Virus record (IMG/VR): IMGVR_UViG_2919155634_000002
Location: 4,411 to 68,410 of that record
DNA length: 64,000 nt
Source of the DNA: a virus
Strand: one strand, 5' to 3'
Position numbers and translations under genes: made by a program
Notes under the pieces: model-generated
The model's input: only the letters and a program-made list of their open reading frames with translations
What the model was told of the DNA's origin: nothing
Database searches by the model: none
Shown here: positions 18,403-27,157 of the stretch, piece after piece
Layout: every line of letters starts with the position of its first letter
Numbering within the stretch: the first letter of the stretch is position 1

Positions 18403-18632
18403 GCGATGCTCGATTTTTTCCAATGAACATCGGTAATGCCATAGCGTTCAGCTAACGGCCGCGAGATTTTTTTTAAGTCCGCCGACCTGAACCTTGGGAT
18501 TACACTCACGCCTCCATCACAGGCGGCCCAATGCCAGGCTTCCGCGTTATCCATTTTTTCTGAACGGATGATGAAGCTGCGCGCTTCACCATGAAGCTGA
18601 TACTCAATGAGGAATAGCGATTGGTTGGGCAT
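18399..18632 (-). CDS. Small protein (DUF6555-like)
   Basis: IEYQLHGEARSF...AWHWAACD...AERYGITDV. Confidence 0.65.
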   Translation of the reverse strand: MPNQSLFLIEYQLHGEARSFIIRSEKMDNAEAWHWAACDGGVSVIPRFRSADLKKISRPLAERYGITDVHWKKSSIA

Positions 18633-18756
18633 GTTCCAGATCCGGTAAGAGGCCAGCCTGGCCATCGATTCTTTTAGCGTTTAGGTGAAGGTAAGGCAAG
18701 GGCAATTGCCCGATGCCGACTATCTATGCGCTCTACGTCATAGTTTGGAGAAAAAA

Positions 18757-19128
18757 ATGGACCCGACCGACCTCGGCCCAGGCACAGCCACCTGGCTGGG
18801 CGGTACGGGTACTGTCCTGCTGGGCGGCTTCCTTTGGCTGCGCAAATTCCTATCGAAAGACGCGACTGATCGCGCGATGGACAACGCCGATATCGGCACG
18901 GTGCGCCGCCTGAATGAACTGCTCGACTCAGAACGCGAGGCCCGCAAGCTTGCAGAGGCCCGGGCTGATCAGTTCGCCAAGGAGCGCAACGACCTTGCCG
19001 CCACCGTTGGGCGCATGGAAGGGAAGATCGAGGCTCTGACCAGCCAAGTCGGCCAGCTTACAGAGCGAGTCTCGCTGCAAAGCGAAGAGATTGCCCGCTT
19101 GCGCACCAAGCTCGGAGGTATGTCGTGA
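18757..19128 (+). CDS. Putative holin-like protein (1 TM + coiled coil)
   Basis: N-terminal hydrophobic helix, long coiled coil, first phage-type late gene, GGAG RBS; function inferred from position. Confidence 0.55.
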   Translation: MDPTDLGPGTATWLGGTGTVLLGGFLWLRKFLSKDATDRAMDNADIGTVRRLNELLDSEREARKLAEARADQFAKERNDLAATVGRMEGKIEALTSQVGQLTERVSLQSEEIARLRTKLGGMS

Positions 19129-19466
19129 TGGACAGATGCGCACTTGAATTCATCGCCCGCCGTTGGTGGCGCCGCATCGAGGTCTGGGTAATCGCCCTCT
19201 TGCTTGTGGTGGGCGGCGGGTTCGGTGGCTACCAACTCGCCCAGTGGGCACTTGCCCGCAGCTACCTGGAGCAGGTCGCCGAAATCCGCGCCGCCTACGA
19301 CGAAGCCAGCTTGCAGCGAGACCAGCGCCTGGATGAGCTGGCCAGGCAGACGGGTAGTGCAGCGGCCAAGGCGTCGAAAGCCGCAACGACAGCCACCCAA
19401 GCAGCAGACAAGGCAGACCAGGCTGTAGACAGGGCAGGTGAAGCGCTCAACCGCGTGACGCCCTGA
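19125..19466 (+). CDS. Membrane-anchored lysis-region protein
   Basis: One TM (VWVIALLLVVGGGFGG) and an Ala-rich tail; overlaps upstream stop. Confidence 0.6.
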   Translation: MMDRCALEFIARRWWRRIEVWVIALLLVVGGGFGGYQLAQWALARSYLEQVAEIRAAYDEASLQRDQRLDELARQTGSAAAKASKAATTATQAADKADQAVDRAGEALNRVTP

Positions 19467-19514
19467 TCCACGCCACGACATCGACAAGCGCCGTTTTGTG
19501 GCGCGGAGACACAG

Positions 19515-19745
19515 ATGAACCGACAGCAGATCGCGACCGCGTACAGCCTTTTACATAAGCGCGACCGAGTGCAGCGCCGACTTGAAACGGTGCTGAGCGG
19601 AAAGGGCTTGTCACTGGCCATCACCGGCGACTACCAAGACGAGGGTGTCCTGCAATCGGTTACTGAGCCACTGGCGGCTCACTTCAGGGCTGAGATGGCT
19701 GCAATTGATGACCAGCTCAAGCTGTTGGGCTGGAACGGCGAGTAG
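19515..19745 (+). CDS. Hypothetical protein
   Basis: GGAG RBS; ORF track. Confidence 0.6.
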   Translation: MNRQQIATAYSLLHKRDRVQRRLETVLSGKGLSLAITGDYQDEGVLQSVTEPLAAHFRAEMAAIDDQLKLLGWNGE

Positions 19746-19760
19746 CGCAGGGAGCAGACG

Positions 19761-19991
19761 ATGGCCAGAACGCGAGCGCCTTACACACCCTGCAAGCTCT
19801 ACGTGGACGGAGCCAATGGCATCGCGGTCGGTGACTACATCACAACTGCTGCCGGTTATGCCTACCTAGTGCAGAAGCTCAGGGTAAGTCGCACCTGGCC
19901 CGAGCGTAAGCACATGGAGTGCCTGCGCTGGCCCATTGCTGATGTGCCGCACGATGCGCGGTGCTACCAGCTGACCTGGTACAAGAGATGA
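19761..19991 (+). CDS. Hypothetical protein
   Basis: GGAG RBS; ORF track. Confidence 0.6.
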   Translation: MARTRAPYTPCKLYVDGANGIAVGDYITTAAGYAYLVQKLRVSRTWPERKHMECLRWPIADVPHDARCYQLTWYKR

Positions 19992-20002
19992 GGAGCAAGG
20001 GC

Positions 20003-20161
20003 ATGGCCAAGGTTCATGTAACGATTGTCAGCCGCCAGCGCTGGTGGCTGAAGTACTACCTAGCCGGTGTACTAGTCGTATCCCACCTGACAGGCCGTAA
20101 GCCCGATCCAGCGCGAGTCAGCTTCTGGGTGAAGCGTGGCATCACGCTGAAGGTGCAGTAA
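20003..20161 (+). CDS. Small hypothetical protein
   Basis: AGGAG RBS; TAATG overlap with HNH gene. Confidence 0.55.
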   Translation: MAKVHVTIVSRQRWWLKYYLAGVLVVSHLTGRKPDPARVSFWVKRGITLKVQ

Positions 20162-20499
20162 TGGCCAGGCTTAAGACCGTGGCCACACGGCTACAGGCCA
20201 GCTTACCCGACCGAGTTAAGACGATTGCTTCAGACAGTTGGCGCAGCGGCTTGACCAGTTCCCAGCGTGGCTACGACTACCGCTGGCAGAAGGCACGTGA
20301 GCGCTTCCTGCACGACAACCCGCTTTGCGTGTACTGCGCCAGGGTCGGCCGCACCACTGCGGCCACGGTGGTGGACCATAGCGAGCCTCATCGCGGTAAC
20401 CCCGACATCTTCTGGGACCAGAGTCGATGGGTGTCCCTGTGCACCCACTGTCACTCTTCGGTTAAGCAGAAGGAAGAGAATCAAGCCCGTCATCGATAG
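20161..20499 (+). CDS. Packaging HNH endonuclease (terminase cofactor type)
   Basis: CVYC...VVDHSEPHRG...LCTHCHS; upstream of cos/terS as in HK97-like phages. Confidence 0.85.
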   Translation: MARLKTVATRLQASLPDRVKTIASDSWRSGLTSSQRGYDYRWQKARERFLHDNPLCVYCARVGRTTAATVVDHSEPHRGNPDIFWDQSRWVSLCTHCHSSVKQKEENQARHR

Positions 20500-20507
20500 A
20501 GGTACAT

Positions 20508-21143
20508 ATGCCCAAAGCAACCCAGGCAGCCTTGTGCTGTGTACCTGGCTGTCTCGCTGTGGCTAACCGTAAAGGGGCGAGGATGTGCGAGAAACACTAC
20601 ACTCGACTGCGTCGGACAGGCACGACCGATCAGATGAGCAGAGTAAAGTCAGGCCTGCTGACCAACGCCTACGGTTACAAGCTGGCGCACTCGCCAGATC
20701 ACCCGCTGCGCCGGCAAAGCAACCGCGTCTATGAGCACCGCATCGTGTATCACGCCCGTCATGGTGCTGGCCCATTTGCATGTCACTGGTGCTCATCCCG
20801 GGTGACCTGGGATGACATGCATGTTGATCACCTCAACGACCGAACCGATGACAACCGGCCAGATAATCTGGTAGCCAGCTGCGCACGCTGCAACCAGAAG
20901 CGCGGCCTTCCGAAGATGGCCAGGACGCAGCAGCTCAATTCTGGACGCCGCTACACCGCACACGGTAAGACGATGTGTCTCAGCGAGTGGAGCAGGCACC
21001 TCAACATTTCGCGGGCTGCTATCGAGTACCGGCTCGAGGCCGGGTGGAGGCACGAGGACGTGTTCTCGCCTAGAAAGGGACGGTCAGGCCCTCCTAGTCG
21101 CAGGAGCAAGCAGGCCGAGAAAGCCGCAGGCCTGGACAGATGA
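20508..21143 (+). CDS. Free-standing HNH homing-type endonuclease
   Basis: CHWC...HVDHLND...DNLVASCARCN plus C-terminal GKTMCLSEWSRHLNIS DNA-binding helix. Confidence 0.75.
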   Translation: MPKATQAALCCVPGCLAVANRKGARMCEKHYTRLRRTGTTDQMSRVKSGLLTNAYGYKLAHSPDHPLRRQSNRVYEHRIVYHARHGAGPFACHWCSSRVTWDDMHVDHLNDRTDDNRPDNLVASCARCNQKRGLPKMARTQQLNSGRRYTAHGKTMCLSEWSRHLNISRAAIEYRLEAGWRHEDVFSPRKGRSGPPSRRSKQAEKAAGLDR

Positions 21144-21203
21144 CTTCGAAGCGCCCCGAAACGGTGCAATAGGTTTTAGGCACGCGAGTGACGTGCCACA
21201 TAA

Positions 21204-21308
21204 GGGGTAGGGGGGTCAAAAGCTAGGGATTCTCATCTAGCTAGACCGCTCCCGACCCCACGTACAGATTTTTTTCCCTCACAGGATTTTTGTTAAATGG
21301 CTTTAACA
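21204..21308 (+). other. Putative helper cos (packaging) site
   Basis: Between HNH genes and terS; G-rich GGGGGGTCAAAAG leader; 37-bp block 21241-21277 repeated exactly at 30291-30327. Confidence 0.7.
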
Positions 21309-21842
21309 TCCCGCAAGCGCGCTTTCATCGCCGCGCTGAGGGAAGGTGCGTCCAATCGGGACGCTGCCGTGGCCGCTGGCTACTCCGAGCGCACAGCGTC
21401 TGCGGCGGGCTCTCGGCTGGTCAAGGACAAGGACGTGGCGGCCGAACTGATGAAGCTGCGTGCCCTGGGGCTGATGCCTCCAGATGTTAAAGGCGATGTT
21501 AAAGCGGATGTTAAAGCCAGGCCCGCCGCCAAGGCTGCCAAAGAGGCTGAGCCGGGCCCGGAAGGGGCACCGGAATCCGAGGAGCAAGCAGAGCCGGAAC
21601 CTGCCGGCTTCGACCTGGCCCAGGCGCTGCTCCACCGTGATCCGAAGGATTTCCTCCTCTCTGTGATGAACGACATGGGCACGGAAGCGAAGCTTCGCGT
21701 AGACGCCGCCAAGGCCCTGATGCCATTCGTTCACCCGCGCAAAGGCGAGAGCGGCAAGAAGGACCAGGCCCAAGCCAACGCCGATAAGGCAGCTTCCGGC
21801 AAGTTCGGCACCCGCCGCGGCCCGCTGCAGTCGGTGAAATGA
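21297..21842 (+). CDS. terS: Terminase small subunit
   Basis: N-terminal HTH ([20 protein letters not shown]), [14 protein letters not shown]; directly upstream of terL. Confidence 0.88.
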   Translation: MALTSRKRAFIAALREGASNRDAAVAAGYSERTASAAGSRLVKDKDVAAELMKLRALGLMPPDVKGDVKADVKARPAAKAAKEAEPGPEGAPESEEQAEPEPAGFDLAQALLHRDPKDFLLSVMNDMGTEAKLRVDAAKALMPFVHPRKGESGKKDQAQANADKAASGKFGTRRGPLQSVK

Positions 21843-22120
21843 TGGAATGGTCAACCGCCTGCCATGATTGGGAACAGCGCATCGTTGCCCGCCAGAGCCT
21901 GATTCCGTTTGAGCCGCTGTTCCCGACTGAGGCTGAGGAAGCCTTGGATGTGTTCGGGGCGTTGCGCATGGTGGACGCCACTGGCAGTCCGTTGATGTGC
22001 GAGACCGTGCGTGATTGGGTCAATCAGTTCGTGGCCGCGATCTTCGGGGCCTACGACTCAGATTCAGGCCGGCGCCTGGTCAGCGAGTTCATGCTGCTCA
22101 TCAGCAAAAAGAATTCATAA
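21839..22120 (+). pseudogene. terL: Terminase large subunit, 5' fragment (interrupted at Walker A by the satellite)
   Basis: Ends ...[11 protein letters not shown]-stop exactly at attL. Confidence 0.92.
22104..22113 (+). repeat. attL core (GCAAAAAGAA)
   Basis: One mismatch to 36241-36250; tandem GGGGGTAT arm-type repeats at 22253-22272 and inverted ATACCCCC at 22303-22310. Confidence 0.8.
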
Positions 22121-22348
22121 ATTAGTTCTGGAACGTTCCAGATAGAACCTAGAAGAAACCGCAATCGGTTTACAGCGTTGATTATGCTGAATATTTTCGA
22201 TAAATGGCGTTCTGCAAGGTGCTAGAGGGTTCGCGTAAAGCGTTTGATTTTTGGGGGTATAAGCGGGGGTATCAAATTCCCTGATTCGTGTTTGTAAACC
22301 AAATACCCCCAAATTTCCATCAACACCCGAATCTCCAAGGCTGCAGCG

Positions 22349-23536
22349 ATGAAATTGACAGACACGAAGCTACGCCACATTAGGCCCAACGGAAAGCGCC
22401 TCAAGCTCGCCGACGGGAGAGGCCTGTATCTACTCATTACTCCAAACGGGGGGCGCTACTGGCGCTGGAAATACCGCTACGAAGGTCGCGAAAAACTTAT
22501 GGCCCTGGGGGTCTATCCGGAGATCTCCCTCGCTGCAGCTCGTAACCTGCACAGAGACGCCAGACTGGTACTGGCAAATGGTTCAGACCCAGTTGCAGCA
22601 AGGCAAAGGGCACAGGAAAAGGTTAGTGCGTATGTAACGTTCGAGCAGGCAGCCAAGCTCTGGTTTGCTCATTGGGCGCCGCAGAAAAAAGGCGACTCCC
22701 CTAAGGCTGCGTGGGCACGATTGGAAAAGGACGTACTTCCGGAGATCGGACGAAAGCCTGTCGGGAACATCCCGCCATCCGTGTTTCGTGACCTGCTCAA
22801 GCGTATCGAGGATCGGGCTCCCACAATTTCGCGCGCGGTCTTCAGCTACTGTGGTCAGATAATGCGATATGCAGTTGCACACGACCTAGCTGATCGCAAT
22901 CCAGTAGCCGAATTGCAAAGCGGAGATTTTCTCCGGGAGCACAAGTCTCGGAACCATGCTCGCGTTGATGAGAGAAAACTCCCAGCCTTGCTGCATGCAA
23001 TAGAAGGATTTCCTAGCGAGGTGACCAGCCTGGCAATGCGGCTGTTATGTCTCACTTTTGTCAGGGTTGGGGAGCTGCTTGGCGCGACGTGGGAAGAGTT
23101 TGACCTAGTTGCCTGTAGATGGACCATACCCGCTGAACGGATGAAGATGGATTCAGAGCACATCGTGCCTCTGTCCAAACAAGCTATCGAGATTGTAGAA
23201 CGGCTCAAGCAAATCACCTATGGAGGGAATTATCTGTTCCCAGGTAGGGCAGGCCATGATACTACAATGAATAGAGCAACAATCTTGATGGCGTTACGAA
23301 GCATGGGCTATGCAAAAGTTATGACTTCTCACGGTTTTCGAGGCATTGCGTCAACAATACTGCACGAGCAAGGATATAATCACGAGCACATCGAAACTCA
23401 ACTTGCTCATCAGTCTAGAGGGAAGGTTAGTGCAGCTTACAATCATGCCCTGTATCTTACGCCGCGTGCGAAAATGATGCAGGATTGGTCTGATTTTATT
23501 GATGTTAAAAGGGCTAGCTATAAACATCCGATTTAA
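22349..23536 (+). CDS. int: P4-like tyrosine integrase with arm-binding domain
   Basis: KLADGRGLYL...WRWKYRY arm domain; FVRVGE, HGFR, LAH, AAY catalytic motifs intact. Confidence 0.95.
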   Translation: MKLTDTKLRHIRPNGKRLKLADGRGLYLLITPNGGRYWRWKYRYEGREKLMALGVYPEISLAAARNLHRDARLVLANGSDPVAARQRAQEKVSAYVTFEQAAKLWFAHWAPQKKGDSPKAAWARLEKDVLPEIGRKPVGNIPPSVFRDLLKRIEDRAPTISRAVFSYCGQIMRYAVAHDLADRNPVAELQSGDFLREHKSRNHARVDERKLPALLHAIEGFPSEVTSLAMRLLCLTFVRVGELLGATWEEFDLVACRWTIPAERMKMDSEHIVPLSKQAIEIVERLKQITYGGNYLFPGRAGHDTTMNRATILMALRSMGYAKVMTSHGFRGIASTILHEQGYNHEHIETQLAHQSRGKVSAAYNHALYLTPRAKMMQDWSDFIDVKRASYKHPI

Positions 23537-23558
23537 AAAGTTCTTTTGAAAAAATACA

Positions 23559-23582
23559 GCCCCGCACTGCGGGGTTTTTTTT
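23559..23582 (+). terminator. Intrinsic terminator after integrase
   Basis: ccccgc-act-gcgggg followed by T8. Confidence 0.75.
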
Positions 23583-23592
23583 GGAGATAAAT

Positions 23593-23775
23593 ATGGCGAC
23601 GCTTCTGAAATTGGAACAAGTCAAGCAGAAAACTGGATTAAGTAAAACTGCGATTTACACCTGTCCCGACTTCCCTCAGCCAGTCAAAATTGGCGCGCGT
23701 TCGGTGGCCTGGGTGGAGAACGAAGTTTCTGACTGGATAGATAGGAAAATTGCAGAGCGCGGGCGCAGTCAGTGA
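23593..23775 (+). CDS. alpA: AlpA family regulator / excisionase
   Basis: LLKLEQVKQKTGLSKTAIY...FPQPVKIGARSVAWVENEVSDWI. Confidence 0.92.
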   Translation: MATLLKLEQVKQKTGLSKTAIYTCPDFPQPVKIGARSVAWVENEVSDWIDRKIAERGRSQ

Positions 23776-24083
23776 TGCGCCCCCTAGATACCAAGGATGC
23801 TCGCCTGCCCAGTTGTGCCCTTTCTCTTCAGTCGTGCCCATGCCCCAAGGTGGGCATTACTGAGGGCACGAGGGCACGACTGAGGAAAAACAGTTCAGGA
23901 GTGGCATTGCGCCATCACGATAAACTGCTGATAATCGGTCTTGCAAGCAATCGTCTCGAAGGGTATCGTTTGCCCGTCGCTGCAAATTCAGCGACCGGGT
24001 TTGGCGACTCGAAGACTACACGGCGCACAGGCGCCCCCATCACGATTGCTGGCGCTTTTTTTGTGCCCGCACATCCTGTTTAT

Positions 24084-24161
24084 GGTGGCTGTGCGCGGGA
24101 GACCCTAGGGTCTGCCGGGTTCCGTGTGTCCCGGTTCGCCAACCTGCGTACAGCTGCCACC
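24084..24161 (+). ncRNA. c4/CI-type antisense immunity RNA
   Basis: Outer stem ggtggctgtgcgcggg/cctgcgtacagctgccacc, inner hairpins agaccctagggtct and ccggg...cccgg; loop TCGCCAA complementary to flanking TTGGCGA within GTTTGGCGA at 23999-24007 and 24169-24177. Confidence 0.8.
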
Positions 24162-24218
24162 CCTATTCGTTTGGCGACGAACCGTGGCAGCTCCTATCTA
24201 ACACACGGAGCTACACCA

Positions 24219-24377
24219 ATGACCGCCCTCATTCCGTCCAAAATCCGCGCCCTTGCTCATCGCCGTATGGCTCTGAGTGCTCTTCGCGCACAATCCTCGC
24301 TCTCTGTTCGCCTGAAACGCTACAACCACCACATGGACCAAGCCCGCGCCCTGGAAGCCCAAGGGGGTGTGCAATGA
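24219..24377 (+). CDS. Icd/Ash-like small protein
   Basis: GGAG RBS; RRMALSALRAQSSLSVRLKRYNHHM; directly downstream of the c4-like RNA as in P1/P4-type modules. Confidence 0.65.
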   Translation: MTALIPSKIRALAHRRMALSALRAQSSLSVRLKRYNHHMDQARALEAQGGVQ

Positions 24378-24649
24378 ACTGCTTTCCAAGTATTTCGCCC
24401 CTTGAAGGCAAAGTTCTGCCCGAGGCATTGATCGATGCTCGCGACATGTGCTCGATGAACTTCGCTCGGGAAGAGTTCCACAAGCTCTACGCGCTGCTCT
24501 ATCCCATGTGTTCAAACCATGAGGAAGGGCCAATGTGCGACATTGCACGGCACCTGGAGCAGGTCATCTGCTTTAGTGGCAACGTCCTTTGGAAGCACCG
24601 CCACCTGGGCGCCTCGTATGGGGAGATCAAATCCGGAGGTGCCCAATGA
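24374..24649 (+). CDS. Hypothetical satellite protein
   Basis: ATGA overlaps on both sides. Confidence 0.65.
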   Translation: MNCFPSISPLEGKVLPEALIDARDMCSMNFAREEFHKLYALLYPMCSNHEEGPMCDIARHLEQVICFSGNVLWKHRHLGASYGEIKSGGAQ

Positions 24650-24948
24650 GCTTGATAAGTTGGAACGGCCTTCTTCCCAAGCATGAGGCAATCAAAGAAA
24701 TGTCGGTCGATGAGCTTCGTAAAACTGCCGACTCAACGAAGGAATACGCCTGCACACTGGCGCACGGTATATCTGGCATAGGCAATTTGCTTGCGTGTAC
24801 TGCCTCGAATGGCGAAACCGGTTTGAGCGATCAAGCCGTGACTAGCGTCGGCTGGATGCTTGAAAGCATGGGTACGCTCATCAGCAACTTAGTCGATACA
24901 CAAGCAGCTGCCGAGTACCACCTGCAAGTCAAACTCCCGAGGGCTTGA
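24646..24948 (+). CDS. Hypothetical satellite protein
   Basis: GGAGG RBS, ATGA overlap. Confidence 0.65.
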   Translation: MSLISWNGLLPKHEAIKEMSVDELRKTADSTKEYACTLAHGISGIGNLLACTASNGETGLSDQAVTSVGWMLESMGTLISNLVDTQAAAEYHLQVKLPRA

Positions 24949-24950
24949 TT

Positions 24951-25358
24951 ATGAGAATCCAAAACGGTGCATTTGCGCCGACGGGATCGGTTTGCCTGGA
25001 TAAACTGCTCAACCGGTTAGAAAAAGTTAAGTCCGCTGGCGCCGACAAGTGGAAAGCCTGCTGCCCTGCACACGACGACAAACATCCGAGCTTGGCAATT
25101 AGCGAAACTTCGGAGGGCGTCGTCTTACTCAAGTGCTGGGCCGGTTGTACAACTAAAGAGATTGTCTCGGTAATTGGCCTGGAGTTGCGGGACTTATTCC
25201 CCGGCGACAAACAACCTCGGCGCGGCCCAAGTAAGGCTGCAGTTGAACATGAGCGCATGGTTTATCGGATCGGCCAATCACTCCAGCAGCAAGGTAGTTT
25301 GGCCGGTGACGACCTAGTGCGCTTCAACCTCGCCAAGCAGCGCCTGGGGGTCAAATGA
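24951..25358 (+). CDS. Primase-type Zn-binding domain protein
   Basis: CCPAHDDKHPSL...LKCWAGC (CHC2-like). Confidence 0.8.
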   Translation: MRIQNGAFAPTGSVCLDKLLNRLEKVKSAGADKWKACCPAHDDKHPSLAISETSEGVVLLKCWAGCTTKEIVSVIGLELRDLFPGDKQPRRGPSKAAVEHERMVYRIGQSLQQQGSLAGDDLVRFNLAKQRLGVK

Positions 25359-26629
25359 CGACTGACCGATTTGCCGGAGAATGGACCGAACCACTCAGCC
25401 CAATCAATCGAGAAAACGTCACGCCCTTGTGGCGCGTCAATGCAGTTAAGGCGTCGACAATCAGAGCCGTTCCCATCCGTTGGCTGTGGCCTGGCTGGCT
25501 GGCCAAAGGAAAGCTGCACATCCTCGCCGGTGCTGGCGGCACTGGGAAAACCACGCTGCTGATTGGCCTGATCGCCACCATCACTACTGGCGGCCGCTGG
25601 CCTGATGGCAGCCATTGCAGTGAGCCAGGCAATGCACTGATCTGGTCGAGCGAAGATGATCCTGCCGATACCTTGATCCCCCGCTTGACCGCGGCTGGCG
25701 CTGACATGAGCCGGGTGTACATCATCCAAGGGCGGACTAACGCCCAGGGCGACACAGACCCATTCGACCCGGCCAACGACATTGGTCTGCTGCGAAAAAC
25801 AGCCAGCGACATTGGCGGCGTCTCACTGCTGATGCTCGATCCCATCGTCAGCGCTGTGAAGGGTGACATGCACAAGGCCAATGACGTGCGCCGGGCGCTG
25901 CAGGCCGTGGTGGATTTTGCGGAGCAGAACCTTTGCGCAGTAGTGGGAATTTCCCACTTCGCCAAAGGCGGCGCAGGGTCATCACCTGCTGATCGGGTCA
26001 TTGGGTCGCAGGCGTTCTCCGCATTGGCACGCACGGTGATGGTGGCTGCTAAGCAGGAAGACTCGGCCACCCGCGTACTGGCGCGTGCGAAGTCCAACAT
26101 CGGTACTGATGAAGGGGGCGTTTCCTACACCATCGAGCCACTCACCATTGAGGGAGACATTGAGGCTACCCGTGTTCTGTGGGGGGATTTGATTCAGGGT
26201 TCAGCCCGCGAAATCCTGGGTGATTTGGAAGGCCAAGAAGATGGGATGCGGCTGGATGACTCGGATGATCCGGCTGAAGCCTTGCGTAGGATTCTCAGCA
26301 AGGGCCCGCTGCCAGGCAAAGAAGCAAAGTGTCTGATGGTCGGCAATGGCTACACCCAAAAACAGATTCGTACAGCACGAGAGCGTCTTGCGATCACTAC
26401 CGCTCGATCCGGCTTTGGAGGGGACACGGTTGTCACATGGTCCCTCCCTCAGGCCGAAGGTGACTATGCCCCATTCCCCTCAGTCGAGCCCTCTGATCCT
26501 CAGTCGTGCCCACCCTTGGGCATGGGCACGACTGGAGACATAGGGCACGACTGGACGAAATACCTCAGTGGGCCACTGCCAGACGGAACGTCACTCCCAT
26601 CACTGGATGATGATGCGGAGGACCTGTGA
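25355..26629 (+). CDS. AAA (RepA/RecA-like) replicative helicase
   Basis: Walker A GAGGTGKT, SEDD, Walker B LLMLDPI, SHFAK. Confidence 0.88.
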   Translation: MTTDRFAGEWTEPLSPINRENVTPLWRVNAVKASTIRAVPIRWLWPGWLAKGKLHILAGAGGTGKTTLLIGLIATITTGGRWPDGSHCSEPGNALIWSSEDDPADTLIPRLTAAGADMSRVYIIQGRTNAQGDTDPFDPANDIGLLRKTASDIGGVSLLMLDPIVSAVKGDMHKANDVRRALQAVVDFAEQNLCAVVGISHFAKGGAGSSPADRVIGSQAFSALARTVMVAAKQEDSATRVLARAKSNIGTDEGGVSYTIEPLTIEGDIEATRVLWGDLIQGSAREILGDLEGQEDGMRLDDSDDPAEALRRILSKGPLPGKEAKCLMVGNGYTQKQIRTARERLAITTARSGFGGDTVVTWSLPQAEGDYAPFPSVEPSDPQSCPPLGMGTTGDIGHDWTKYLSGPLPDGTSLPSLDDDAEDL

Positions 26630-26922
26630 TGGCCGCGCTCGACTACCTACTGGAACGTGGATTTACCGCCAAGAAGCAAGGTATGCGGGTACGGATTTCG
26701 CCCGCGTCAAAGCTGACCGACGACGTGCGCAAGTATGTCAAAGCGCACCGGCTGGCGCTGCTAGCCGAGCTGGCGGCGAACGACGGCCTGGAGCGCCGCT
26801 GCAACTGGTCGGTGCTGGTGCCCGGGTGCCGGCCATTCACCATGATCAGCGAGCCGATCACCCGCGACGAAGCGCTGGCCGATGTTCGTGTGCGGTGGCC
26901 AGGTGCGGAGGTGGGGCCATAA
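26626..26922 (+). CDS. Small protein: TubC_N-like N-terminus fused to a WxVxVPGxxPFxM domain
   Basis: C-terminal ~40 aa align by eye with helper ORF 14350-14481. Confidence 0.7.
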   Translation: MMAALDYLLERGFTAKKQGMRVRISPASKLTDDVRKYVKAHRLALLAELAANDGLERRCNWSVLVPGCRPFTMISEPITRDEALADVRVRWPGAEVGP

Positions 26923-26981
26923 AGGCCAACCGCGAGCCAAATTACCGTCGGTAAACCGACACAGATAGCAGGCGGTCACGG

Positions 26982-27021
26982 CTCGGATTTGTTTCCGACC
27001 TGGCTCGGATTTATTTCCGAG
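26982..27021. repeat. Two helper-type iterons (TCGGA-N6-TCCGA) in the satellite
   Basis: CTCGGATTTGTTTCCGAC (26982-26999) and CTCGGATTTATTTCCGAG (27004-27021); 26999-27020 is the exact reverse complement of helper 13016-13037. Confidence 0.85.
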
Positions 27022-27157
27022 GGGGTGCTTTCCGGCAGAAAACCACACCTTGGCTTTCACAACGCAGAGGCGCCTTGATCCGAATCGGCTCATTTGGTCC
27101 GAGTCGGCTCATAGGGTCTCGTTCGGTGTAACGACACCCTCACATTGAGGAGCAAGC

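Noticed and set aside
23772-24218. 201-aa ORF spanning the c4-like RNA
   Set aside because: The 5' part overlaps a structured RNA and its targets. Only the 3' 52 codons have a clear RBS, so the long form is not supported, though not excluded.
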